A DNA stretch of 64,000 nucleotides, from the NCBI GenBank assembly GCA_958402445.1, contig CATXTO010000003.1, positions 81,569-145,568 on the forward strand, read 5' to 3'. The stretch is from an uncultured Eubacteriales bacterium. Lineage in GTDB: Bacteria; Bacillota; Clostridia; Oscillospirales; Oscillospiraceae. The notes beneath the pieces are model-generated. The model was not told where the DNA came from. It made no database searches and saw only the letters and a program-made list of their open reading frames with translations. A program made the translations under genes and the position numbers. This document shows, in pieces, positions 38,552-47,936 of the stretch (its first letter is position 1; every line of letters starts with the position of its first letter).

Positions 38552-39202
38552 ATGGCAAAGGTTTCCCCGTCCATTTTATCGGCAGATTTTGTCAATTTGG
38601 AGCGGGACATTCGGAGCTTAGCCGCAGCGGGCGCAGACTATGTCCACGTGGATGTGATGGACGGCCGCTTTGTGCCGAACATTACAATTGGAATTCCGGT
38701 GGTGGCGGCGATTCGGCGGGTGACGGAGCTTCCCTTGGATGTGCATTTGATGATCGACAGGCCCGTGCGGTATGTGGAAGCGTTCTGCCAGGCGGGCGCG
38801 GACATTCTGACCGTGCATGTGGAGGCGGATTCCGAAAAGAACACGCGGACGGCGCTGCAAAAAATTCGCGATTGCGGCGTCCGGCCGGCAGTGAGCGTAA
38901 AGCCGGGAACGCCGGCGGAAGCGGTGTTGCCCTTTTTGCCTCTGTGCGACCTGATTTTGGTCATGACGGTGGAGCCGGGCTTTGGGGGCCAGCGCTTTCA
39001 GGAGGCTATGATGCCCAAGCTGCGGGCCATTCGCACTTGGCTGGACCGGGAGAACCCCGCCTGCGAGTTGGAAGTGGATGGCGGCGTCAACGAGACCACC
39101 GCCCGGCTGTGCAAGGAAAACGGAGCCGACGTGCTGGTAGCAGGGTCCGCCTATTTTAAGGCGGCGCATCCGGAGGCGTTTGTCCGAGCGTTGCAGGCGT
39201 GA
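38552..39202 (+). CDS. rpe: Ribulose-phosphate 3-epimerase
   Basis: SPSILSAD, HVDVMDG.FVPN, LDVHLM, MTVEPGFGGQ, EVDGGV. Confidence 0.97.
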   Translation: MAKVSPSILSADFVNLERDIRSLAAAGADYVHVDVMDGRFVPNITIGIPVVAAIRRVTELPLDVHLMIDRPVRYVEAFCQAGADILTVHVEADSEKNTRTALQKIRDCGVRPAVSVKPGTPAEAVLPFLPLCDLILVMTVEPGFGGQRFQEAMMPKLRAIRTWLDRENPACELEVDGGVNETTARLCKENGADVLVAGSAYFKAAHPEAFVRALQA

Positions 39203-39250
39203 GATTCCGTTCGTTGAAGACCTGGGATTTGCGGCGTCAAAACCGGCGCA

Positions 39251-39645
39251 TGTAGGGGCGGCCTTTGGCCGCGCGCATGGGACAATCCAACGGGTACAGG
39301 TGCAGGGAACGACCTGCGGTCGTTCCGCGGGCGAGCGAAGCTCGCCCCTACGGCGCGCTATGGGTTTTGTGTCTGTAAGGGCGGCCTTTGGCCGCGCGCA
39401 TGGGACAATCCACCGGGTACGGGTGTAGGGAACGACCTGCGGTCGTTCCGCGGGCGAGCGAAGCTCGCCCCTACGGCGCGCTATGGGTTTTGTGTCTGTA
39501 AGGGCGGCCTTTGGCCGCGCGCATGGGACAATCCACCGGGTACGGGTGTAGGGAACGACCTGCGGTCGTTCCGCGGGCGAGCGAAGCTCGCCCCTACGGC
39601 GCGCTATGGGTTTTGCATCTGTAGGGGCGGTCTCCGCCCGCCCGC
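39251..39645. repeat. Tandem array of a 123-bp unit (3 full copies + partial) built from GTAG REP-like palindromes
   Basis: Units start at 39251, 39374, 39497 and 39620; each has GCGGCC-TTT-GGCCGC, GTAG-GGAACGACC-TGC-GGTCGTTCC and GGGCGAGC-GAA-GCTCGCCC-CTAC. Confidence 0.9.
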
Positions 39646-40150
39646 TAAACCCCTTAAATTTGAGATAAAGCGACAGAAAGCGGGAAGCTGACCGCGCAGA
39701 CTTAGTCCGTCCTCTGATGAGGGAGGAGGCGGTCAGCCATGGGTTGCGTTTCATCTGCGGGACGGAAAATGCGGCGGCGCGTTACTTCGCCGCCGCATAT
39801 GCTAATTGATCACATTAATAAAAGTTTTGCAATTTTAGGTTTCCCACCCTGGCGCAGGCGGAGAATCCGGCGGCGTTTGTCCGGGCGCTGCGGGCGTAAA
39901 AGGAATAAAAATACTAGATATAAAAATTTTAACTTTGCGACCATAATTTTTAGATAGATTTGAAAATGGGTGCTGCTGCGATGGCAATCCTTCGTGGTGG
40001 GCTTCCGGGTGCGAACGCTGGTCCTTTCGCTGTTGCCTGCGGCAGTGGTGCTGTTGGCCTGTCTGGTATTCCGTGGGGTGCAGCGGCTTCCGGCACGAAA
40101 GCAATAGATGGCAGGGCAAGTCCGTCTGAGTTTCTGACCAATTAATTTTT

Positions 40151-40181
40151 TGCGCAGCGGCGAATTATTCGCCGCTGCGCA
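40151..40181 (-). terminator. Terminator hairpin after ftsH
   Basis: TGCGCAGCGGCGAAT/ATTCGCCGCTGCGCA palindrome. Confidence 0.7.
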
Positions 40182-40211
40182 GTGTTATTTGAAACGACGG
40201 CAAATGCGTGG

Positions 40212-42179
40212 TCAGGTCTCCTGCCCGGGCGCAGACGGGGCGTCTGGAGCACCGCCGGCGGACCTGTCTTGGGCCGGAGCGTCTGGGGCGGTTTCCGGCA
40301 GGTTCGGATGCCCCTCGGCTTTGACGTAGCTCATGAGCTCGTCGCCGGTAATGGTCTCCTTGGCCAGCAGATACAGGGCGACCTCGTCCAATAGGCCTCG
40401 GTGCTCCGCCAGGAGCTTCTGAGACTCCTCATAGCAGTGCCGCAGGAGCCGCTGCACCTCCTGGTCCACCTCGGCGGCAGTAGCCTGGGAGCAGTCCAGA
40501 TAGGATTGGCTTTCCAAATACTCATTTTGTACCGTGGACAGCGCCATAAGGCCGAACCGGCTGCTCATGCCGAACTGGGTCACCATTCTTCGCGCCACAT
40601 CCGTGGCCCGCTGAATGTCGTTGGAGGCGCCGGTGGTCTGCACGCGGAACACCAGCTCCTCCGCAGCCCGACCTCCCAGCAGAGTCCGCAGCTCCGTGAG
40701 CAGCTCGTCCCGGGTGCTGAGATACTTTTCTTCCTCCGGCATCTGCATGGTGTAGCCCAAGGCGCCGGAGGTGTGGGGCACAATGGTAATTTTTGAGACG
40801 GGCTGGGTGTGTTTCTCCAGGGCGGCCACCAGGGCGTGGCCCACCTCATGATAGGCTACGATCCGCTTTTCAATGTCCGTCAGGACAGTGTTTTTCTTTT
40901 CTGTGCCTGCAATGACCACCTCAAAGGAGGTCATCAGATCCTCCTGATTGACCGCCTGCCTGCCCAGCCGGACCGCCCGCAGGGCGGCCTCGTTGACCAG
41001 GTTGGCCAGGTCCGCGCCCACGGCGCCGGCCGTGGCCTGGGCGATTTTTTGCAGGTCCACGTCGTCGGAGAGCTTGATCTTCTTCGTGTGGACCTTTAGG
41101 GTGTCCAGACGGCCCTGGAGATTGGGCCGGTCCACGATGATGCGGCGGTCGAACCGGCCTGCCCGGAGCAGAGCCTTATCCAGAATTTCGGGCCGGTTGG
41201 TGGCGGCCAAGATGACCACGCCCTTGGAGGAGTCGAAGCCGTCGATCTCCGACAGAAGCTGGTTCAGCGTCTGCTCCCGCTCGTCGTTGCCGCCGAATTT
41301 GGAATCCCGGGTCCTGCCAATGGCGTCGATTTCGTCAATGAAGATGATGCAAGGCGCCACCTTGGCGGCCTGCTGGAACAGATCCCGCACCCGGCTGGCA
41401 CCAACGCCGACGAACATCTCCACAAAGTCGGAGCCGGAGATGGAGAAAAAGGGAACGTTGGCTTCTCCGGCCACCGCCTTGGCCAGCAGGGTCTTGCCGG
41501 TTCCGGGGGAGCCCACCAACAGCGCGCCCTTGGGCAGCTTGGCGCCGATGGCCGCATATTTTTGCGGATTATGCAGAAAATCAATGATTTCCTGCAGGGA
41601 CTCCTTGGCCTCGTCCTGGCCGGCCACGTCGGCAAAAGTGACGCCGGTCTGCTTTTCCATATACACCTTGGCCTTGCTCTGCCCAATGCCGCCCAGGCCG
41701 CCGCCCATTCCGCTGCCCATCTTTCGCATTAAAAGGCTCAGCAGGAAGAAGGTCAGGCCTAAAATCAGAAGATTGGAGAGAATAAAACCGATAATGGAAT
41801 TGTCTTCCTGGGGTTCCTGATACACCGAAACGCCCTGCGCCTGGAGCCTTTCCACCAGCTCCGTGTTATCGGTGTTGGTGATAAGACCTGTGTAGTAAAC
41901 GGTCTGCATGGACCCGGACTTCTCCGATTCTTCCTTGGTGATGAACTTAACCCGGTCCGGCTCGAATCGAACCTCCGCCAGTTGATTTTCCTGCACCATG
42001 GTCAGAAATTCGGTATAGGTTTTCATCTTTAGCTGTGCATTGGAAATAGAATTGTAAATGAGGTTAAACAGCAGGACGATGACCACAGCCAAAATTAAAA
42101 GGGGAATGCCTGTTTTCAGCGGGTTGCGGCCATTTTTTTCGTCTTTTGGGTTTTTGTTGTTGGGATTGTCGTTATTCAT
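40212..42179 (-). CDS. ftsH: ATP-dependent zinc metalloprotease FtsH
   Basis: Two TMs, [34 protein letters not shown]. Confidence 0.97.
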   Translation of the reverse strand: MNNDNPNNKNPKDEKNGRNPLKTGIPLLILAVVIVLLFNLIYNSISNAQLKMKTYTEFLTMVQENQLAEVRFEPDRVKFITKEESEKSGSMQTVYYTGLITNTDNTELVERLQAQGVSVYQEPQEDNSIIGFILSNLLILGLTFFLLSLLMRKMGSGMGGGLGGIGQSKAKVYMEKQTGVTFADVAGQDEAKESLQEIIDFLHNPQKYAAIGAKLPKGALLVGSPGTGKTLLAKAVAGEANVPFFSISGSDFVEMFVGVGASRVRDLFQQAAKVAPCIIFIDEIDAIGRTRDSKFGGNDEREQTLNQLLSEIDGFDSSKGVVILAATNRPEILDKALLRAGRFDRRIIVDRPNLQGRLDTLKVHTKKIKLSDDVDLQKIAQATAGAVGADLANLVNEAALRAVRLGRQAVNQEDLMTSFEVVIAGTEKKNTVLTDIEKRIVAYHEVGHALVAALEKHTQPVSKITIVPHTSGALGYTMQMPEEEKYLSTRDELLTELRTLLGGRAAEELVFRVQTTGASNDIQRATDVARRMVTQFGMSSRFGLMALSTVQNEYLESQSYLDCSQATAAEVDQEVQRLLRHCYEESQKLLAEHRGLLDEVALYLLAKETITGDELMSYVKAEGHPNLPETAPDAPAQDRSAGGAPDAPSAPGQET

Positions 42180-42524
42180 CGAAAATTGGCACCCTCCTTT
42201 GCCGCCGCACAGGCAGGACGCGGTCCTAAAAGGCGTGCAGCAAAAAATCGTAGTTTTTCTTTCATCATATCACACAAAATAGTTCCCTGCAATGAATTCC
42301 CGGCATTCTCCATAAAATTTTTGTGAATTGTTTGCGGGGACCGGCGAACGTATGATTGAATTTTGCGAAAGTTACAAAGTGTTGTTGTCCCAGAGGAAGT
42401 TGTCTGGTATAATATTTCAAAAATGACTGTCAGGGTCGGCTGCGGCGTCTTTGCGTTCCGCAGGCGGCATCTGTCGGATCTGGGCCCGCCAAGAAAAAGG
42501 CGCGCCTAGACTGGAGGCGATGGC

Positions 42525-43307
42525 ATGGCGAGAGAAAGGCGCGCAGTTTCCCAGGTGGACGAAGATCAGGTGCTGGATGAGGGAGTGCTGGAGGGCCGCA
42601 ATGCGGTTATGGAGGCCCTGCGCAGCGGAAGAACCATAGATAAGGTGTACCTTGCCGCCGGGGAGACGGACAGTGGGTTGGCCCGTCTGGCCGCGATGGC
42701 CCGGGAGGCTGGCGCCGTGGTGTCGCCGGTGGATCGGAGGAAACTGGACCGGATGAGCGCCACAGGCGCGCATCAGGGGATCATCGCCCAGGTGGCGGCC
42801 CATGCGTATGTTTCCATAGAGGAGATGCTGGAGCTGGCGGCCCGGCGGGGTGAACCGCCCCTTCTGGTGGTCTGCGATGAGCTGAGCGACCCGCACAACT
42901 TAGGGGCGATTCTGCGGTCCGCCGAGTGCGCCGGAGCCCACGGCGTGGTGATTCCCAAGCGGCGCGGAGTCGGACTCACGGTCACTGTGGCAAAGGCCTC
43001 CGCCGGGGCGGTGGAATATATGCCTGTGGCGCGGGTCCCCAACCTGGCGGCCACGCTGCGGGAGCTCAAAGCGCGGGGGGTCTGGGTGTATGGCGCTGCC
43101 GCCGGCGGCGCGGCGCCGTTGTATCAGGCGGATTTAAAGGGGCCGGCGGCGCTTGTCATTGGCAGCGAGGGCCGTGGCATGAGCCGCATTGTGGCGGAGA
43201 CCTGCGATCTGCTTGTTAGTATTCCCATGAATGGGAGGATTTCTTCCCTCAACGCCTCTGCCGCTGCGGCAATTTTATTGTATGAGGCTGTGAGACAGCG
43301 GCAATAG
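42525..43307 (+). CDS. rlmB: 23S rRNA Gm2251 methyltransferase (TrmH family)
   Basis: EGRNAVMEAL, HQGIIA, DPHNLGAILRS, GSEG.G, IPM.G..SSLNAS. Confidence 0.93.
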   Translation: MARERRAVSQVDEDQVLDEGVLEGRNAVMEALRSGRTIDKVYLAAGETDSGLARLAAMAREAGAVVSPVDRRKLDRMSATGAHQGIIAQVAAHAYVSIEEMLELAARRGEPPLLVVCDELSDPHNLGAILRSAECAGAHGVVIPKRRGVGLTVTVAKASAGAVEYMPVARVPNLAATLRELKARGVWVYGAAAGGAAPLYQADLKGPAALVIGSEGRGMSRIVAETCDLLVSIPMNGRISSLNASAAAAILLYEAVRQRQ

Positions 43308-43342
43308 GCAGGGACCGGCGCGCCGGGGCGGAATCGGAGGAC

Positions 43343-45535
43343 ATGGATCACATGAAAAAGAAGAAAAACCAGGCGCTTCCTCTGGAACAGCAACAGCCTG
43401 TGGACCAAGTCCGGGAGGCGGAGGAGCAGTTTACCCTGGAGGATATCTTAAAGGAATTTGGCGGAGATCAGCTTCCGAAGCCGGAAACCACGGCGGCGGA
43501 ACCGGCCGATTCCCAGGCTCCTACCATCCGGTTTCAGACGGTAGAACCGGATTCCAGAAAACGGGAAGAAGTGGGTTGGGACACGTTTTTAAGAATGGCA
43601 GAGGAGGAGCGGCGCACCGAGGCAGCAGAAAAACGGGAAGAGCCGAACCGCCAAAGACCTCCCGCCCCGGCGCGGGAGGCGAGCAAAAGGCCGAGACCGC
43701 CCCGAAACAAGGTGCCGAGCGAGGAGCAACCGTCCGATGCGGGACGGAAGACCGAACATAAGGAACCCTTGGCGGATTCCATTTTGTTCGGCGGGGCACA
43801 TCCTTTTTCGGAACAGAAGACTTCGCCGGAACAGGGGGAGCAGATGCCGGCGGAGCGAGAAGACAGGCGCAAGGCTGCCGCGTCCAGGTCAAAAACACGG
43901 CGAAAGCCGGCTCCCATCGTGACGCCGGAGGCTCTGTACCGGGAATCCTCCCATGGCATCATTGGCATCAAGATCAGGCTGGTTATCTGTTTTTTGCTGG
44001 CACTGACCGCGATTGCCCTCTCGCTGTGCCGAGCCAACGGCTGGCTGGAGTTTAACAGAGAGGATTCCTTCCCGAATTTTACGGAGATGGCCCTTCTTCT
44101 CATCTGTTCGCTGCTGTCATATGACGTTTTGGCCGAGGGAGTCAGTAAGATCCTTCGTTTGCGGTTCCAGCTGACTAGTTTGCTGACGGTGGCGGTCGTT
44201 CTGGCGCTGATCGACGGCTCCTATTGCCTCACCACGACCCGGGCCACCTACTGCCCGGTGGTCTGTCTCCTTCTGAGCGCAGCCCTGTGGGGCAGCAGCC
44301 AGACGGCTCAGGCTACCTGCGGCACCATGGACGTGGGGCGCAGGGCAGTGGAGCCGGAGGCGGTACTTCGGGAGCCGGCGTTGCTGCAGAAGCGGGCCGG
44401 CGTCCTGCGGGGAAAAGGGAGCCTGGCGGAATTTATGGAGGCCAGCCAGCGCCCGGCGGGTCCGGACCGGCTGCTGTCGACCTATGGGCTTGCGCTGCTG
44501 CTGCTTTCCGCGGCGGGAGCGGGATTGACCTGCCAGAGCAATTTGGAGCGGTTTGTTCAAAATTGGACGTCGATCCTGTTGGCCGGCATTCCGGTCCTGA
44601 GCTTTGTGACGGTGTCCCGTCCGTGGGCGATTTTGACCAGGAGGCTGCAGAAGCTGGGTGCGGCTCTGTGCGGCTGGGAGGGGGCGCGCCGGCTGGCCGG
44701 AAGCCTAGTGGTTCCGGTTTCTGATTATGATTTATTTCCTCCGGGAAGCCTGAAAATGAACGGTGTCAAGTTCTTTGGCCTGCAGGCGCCGGATAAGGTA
44801 GTGTCCTATGGAGCTGCGGTGACTTCCACTGCGGGCAGCGGCTTGCAAGAGATTTTTCGGGAACAAATGGAGCTGCGCAATGCCAGGCGGTATGTGGTAG
44901 GGAAGCTGCGCCGGTATGAAAACGGCGGCGTAGGCGCGGAAATCGGCCTGGATTCCGTATTGGTGGGTTCCCTGCGGTTTATGCAGTCCATGGGTGTGGA
45001 TATGCCGGCGGGCACCCGGGTGAGCCAGGCGGTCTATGTTGCCATCAACGGGGAGCTCTCCGGAGTGTTTGCCGTGCATTACGGCGTAACCCGCGGGGCG
45101 ATGGAGGGCCTGAACGTTTTGACCCACGGAAAGGGCCTGACGCCGGTTCTCACTGCCGGTGATTTTATCATTACGGATTCCTTCCTCCGCTCCAGATTCC
45201 GGGTCAAGGCCGGCAAGATTCAGATTCCGCCGCTGCCAGTGCGCTCTGAGCTGGCGGAGCGGGAGCCGTCGGAGAAAGCGCGGCAGTGCGTGCTGCTGAC
45301 AAAGCCCGGTTTTGCTTCTCTGGCCCTGTCCGTGGCCGGTGCCCGGGCGCTCCATACCGCAGCGTCCTGGGGCGCGATAGTTAATCTCATCAGCGGGATT
45401 ATGGGTATGGCGATTATGACGGTATTGGCCCACCTAGCTGCGCTGGAGGTGATGTCGGTTTCAAACCTGCTGCTGTTTCTGTTGGTATGGGCCGTGCCCT
45501 CCCTGCTGCTGTCTGGATGGACGCGAAATATTTAA
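43343..45535 (+). CDS. Membrane protein with degenerate P1B-type ATPase-like domains
   Basis: Disordered N-terminus, TMs, then N/P-domain-like GVGAEIG..VLVGS.RFM..GV, VYVAINGELSGVFAV, LTAGD; no DKTGT. Confidence 0.7.
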   Translation: MDHMKKKKNQALPLEQQQPVDQVREAEEQFTLEDILKEFGGDQLPKPETTAAEPADSQAPTIRFQTVEPDSRKREEVGWDTFLRMAEEERRTEAAEKREEPNRQRPPAPAREASKRPRPPRNKVPSEEQPSDAGRKTEHKEPLADSILFGGAHPFSEQKTSPEQGEQMPAEREDRRKAAASRSKTRRKPAPIVTPEALYRESSHGIIGIKIRLVICFLLALTAIALSLCRANGWLEFNREDSFPNFTEMALLLICSLLSYDVLAEGVSKILRLRFQLTSLLTVAVVLALIDGSYCLTTTRATYCPVVCLLLSAALWGSSQTAQATCGTMDVGRRAVEPEAVLREPALLQKRAGVLRGKGSLAEFMEASQRPAGPDRLLSTYGLALLLLSAAGAGLTCQSNLERFVQNWTSILLAGIPVLSFVTVSRPWAILTRRLQKLGAALCGWEGARRLAGSLVVPVSDYDLFPPGSLKMNGVKFFGLQAPDKVVSYGAAVTSTAGSGLQEIFREQMELRNARRYVVGKLRRYENGGVGAEIGLDSVLVGSLRFMQSMGVDMPAGTRVSQAVYVAINGELSGVFAVHYGVTRGAMEGLNVLTHGKGLTPVLTAGDFIITDSFLRSRFRVKAGKIQIPPLPVRSELAEREPSEKARQCVLLTKPGFASLALSVAGARALHTAASWGAIVNLISGIMGMAIMTVLAHLAALEVMSVSNLLLFLLVWAVPSLLLSGWTRNI

Positions 45536-45657
45536 AGCGCTCGGCCCTGCTGGACGGTACGGTTCAGCGGGGCCGAGTTATCTCCCATTTCCAGGTATAA
45601 AGTGAAAAATTCACCCTTTGGTAACAGAAATTTAAGGATTTTTAAGCCCACCCGGCG

Positions 45658-45686
45658 TTGACTTCGAGGGGAAAGTCCGGTATCAT
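45658..45686 (+). promoter_or_regulatory. Sigma-A promoter of the ABC exporter operon
   Basis: TTGACT-17-TATCAT, preceded by a TTTAAG direct repeat at 45631-45646. Confidence 0.7.
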
Positions 45687-45734
45687 GCTTTTTAGATACG
45701 GTATAACAATGCCAGTGAATTTGGAGGACATGCT

Positions 45735-47144
45735 ATGAGCAAAAAATGGATGGCGGCGGCGCTGACTGCGGCGATGCTGGCCGGTCTTGCCGCCTGTGAC
45801 AATGGGCCGGGAGTTCAGGTTTATGTGGAAAATGTAGGCGTTTTGACGGGAACTGGCAGTATTGCGGTAAACGATAAGTTTGCGGGGATCGTTGTATCAG
45901 AAAATGTGACGAAAATTGAGCGGGATTCTGAACGAACCATCGCGGCCCTGTATGCGGAGGAGGGAGCGGATGTCAGCGAGGGGGACGTTCTTTTTGCCTA
46001 TGACTCGGATGAGCTGCAGCTCGCCCTAGATAAGCAGAGGCTGGAGCTGGAGGAAATGAAAAATACCTCCACCACGCTGAAAAGCCAAATTGCGGACCTG
46101 CAAAAGGATGAAAAGAAGGCGTCCAAGGATGAGAAGCTCCAGTATACCATTGAGATTCAGTCCAAGCAGGCGGATTTAAAGGAAAACGAATACAAAATCA
46201 AGCTCAAAGAAAAAGAAATCGCGAAGGCGCAGACCGATTTGGGAAATGCCGAGATACTCTCCCCGGTCAGCGGGCGGATTGTGTCCATCAGCGAGAACGG
46301 CACGGACAACTACGGCAATCCGCTGCCGTACATTACCATCCAGCAATCTGGATCCTATCGGGTCAAGGGCACGCTGAATGAGCTGAATCGGGGCGCCATT
46401 GTGGAGGGGACGAAAATTTTGGTCACCTCCCGGACGGACAGCACCCAGACCTGGAGCGGAACAGTTTCCAGTATCGATCTGGAGAGCGCGTCTCAGGGCA
46501 ACTCCACGGACGCCATGTACGGGATGCCGACCAACGAGATGACAAGCTCCAGCCAATACCCATTTTATGTGGAGCTGGACAGTATCGACGGCCTAATGCT
46601 GGGCCAGCATGTCTACCTGCAAGTCAACCAGGGCGGGAGCACCATGGGCAGCGGAATTTGGCTGCCTGCGTACTACATCTGCTTTGAGGAGACGGAGGAA
46701 GGGCAGGAACAGGGACAGGCGTATGTCTGGGCCGCCAACGGCAAGGACCGGCTGGAAAAACGGAACGTAACGCTGGGCGGCTATGACGAGGCAACCAGCA
46801 GCTACGAAATCCTGGAGGGCCTCACAGAGGAGGACGCCATCGCAGTGCCGGATGAAAACTGCGCGCCCGGCGTGGCCGTGACCTATGAAAGGCCGGAAGA
46901 GACCACACCGCTTGACACCAGCGGGGGAGAGCCCGACCAGGGTGGAGATGCGGTTGACCCCGGGGTGAACAACGGGGTCGACGAGCCAGACGGAGGGGGT
47001 GGCTTACAGGACGATCCGGTGGGAGGCGATCCCAATGGCGCCGCCCCCATGCCCACTTTGGGCAATGCCGACGGCACGGCCAGCGATGGTAATCTTCCCG
47101 GTCATTCCGACGGTACGGCCAGCGGCAGCGACCTGGGGGGTTGA
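45735..47144 (+). CDS. Membrane-fusion / adaptor subunit (HlyD/MacA-like), lipoprotein
   Basis: Lipobox LAAC, lipoyl halves (EEGADVSEGDVL; ILSPVSGRI), coiled hairpin, LEKRNVTLG...EILEGL. Confidence 0.88.
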   Translation: MSKKWMAAALTAAMLAGLAACDNGPGVQVYVENVGVLTGTGSIAVNDKFAGIVVSENVTKIERDSERTIAALYAEEGADVSEGDVLFAYDSDELQLALDKQRLELEEMKNTSTTLKSQIADLQKDEKKASKDEKLQYTIEIQSKQADLKENEYKIKLKEKEIAKAQTDLGNAEILSPVSGRIVSISENGTDNYGNPLPYITIQQSGSYRVKGTLNELNRGAIVEGTKILVTSRTDSTQTWSGTVSSIDLESASQGNSTDAMYGMPTNEMTSSSQYPFYVELDSIDGLMLGQHVYLQVNQGGSTMGSGIWLPAYYICFEETEEGQEQGQAYVWAANGKDRLEKRNVTLGGYDEATSSYEILEGLTEEDAIAVPDENCAPGVAVTYERPEETTPLDTSGGEPDQGGDAVDPGVNNGVDEPDGGGGLQDDPVGGDPNGAAPMPTLGNADGTASDGNLPGHSDGTASGSDLGG

Positions 47145-47147
47145 TCG

Positions 47148-47936
47148 ATGATACTGGAATTGACAGATGTCTGCAAGGACTATAACCGGGGAAAAAACCT
47201 GGTCCCTGTTCTCAAACATGTGAATTTGCAGGTGAAGGAGGGGGAGTACATTGCGATTATGGGTCCCTCCGGTTCGGGAAAGACCACGCTGATGAACCTC
47301 ATTGGCTGCCTGGATTTACCCACCTCCGGTACCTATATTTTACGAGAGCAGGATATGAGCGCACTCAATGACAACGCATTGGCGGAAATTCGCAACAAGC
47401 GAATCGGCTTTGTATTTCAAAATTTTTACCTATTGCCCAAGATGACGGCCCTGGACAATGTGGCGTTGCCCTTGCTCTATGCGGGCGTCCCACCCAAGGA
47501 TCGGCGGGACCGGGCCAAGGAGGCGCTGGAGGCCGTGGGCCTGGAGGACCGGCTGCATTTTTATCCCAATCAGCTCTCCGGTGGCCAGTGTCAACGGGTC
47601 GCGATTGCCCGGGCTATGGTGGGAAAACCGGACCTGCTGCTGGCGGATGAGCCCACCGGCGCCCTGGATACGGCTGCAGGCAATCAAATCATGGGGATTT
47701 TCCGCGGCCTCAGTGATCGGGGCATGACCATCATCATGATTACCCACGAGCCCTCCATCGCCGCCTGTGCGGACAAGATTTACCACATTCTGGACGGACA
47801 AATTCAGGAGACCCTGGCGCAGGCGACAGATGACAGCCAATCCCCGCAGGAACCGGTGAAGGACTTCCTTGCGGAGCTAAATCTGGACGAGCTGCTGGAG
47901 GGGCCAAAGGAGGAGACAGATCATGAAGAGGCGTAA
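47148..47936 (+). CDS. ABC transporter ATP-binding subunit (MacB/LolD-like)
   Basis: GPSGSGKT, LSGGQ, LLADEPTG, ITH. Confidence 0.96.
   Translation: MILELTDVCKDYNRGKNLVPVLKHVNLQVKEGEYIAIMGPSGSGKTTLMNLIGCLDLPTSGTYILREQDMSALNDNALAEIRNKRIGFVFQNFYLLPKMTALDNVALPLLYAGVPPKDRRDRAKEALEAVGLEDRLHFYPNQLSGGQCQRVAIARAMVGKPDLLLADEPTGALDTAAGNQIMGIFRGLSDRGMTIIMITHEPSIAACADKIYHILDGQIQETLAQATDDSQSPQEPVKDFLAELNLDELLEGPKEETDHEEA

Noticed and set aside
38618..39754. 378-aa minus-strand ORF with 41-aa repeats, and similar repeat ORFs at 63.2-63.7 kb and 12.1-12.65 kb
   Set aside because: These are translations of DNA repeats or antisense to rpe; no RBS or protein-like features.
39714..39770. Hammerhead ribozyme suggested by CTGATGA...GAAA
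   Set aside because: I could not build stems I-III in the required register around the core.
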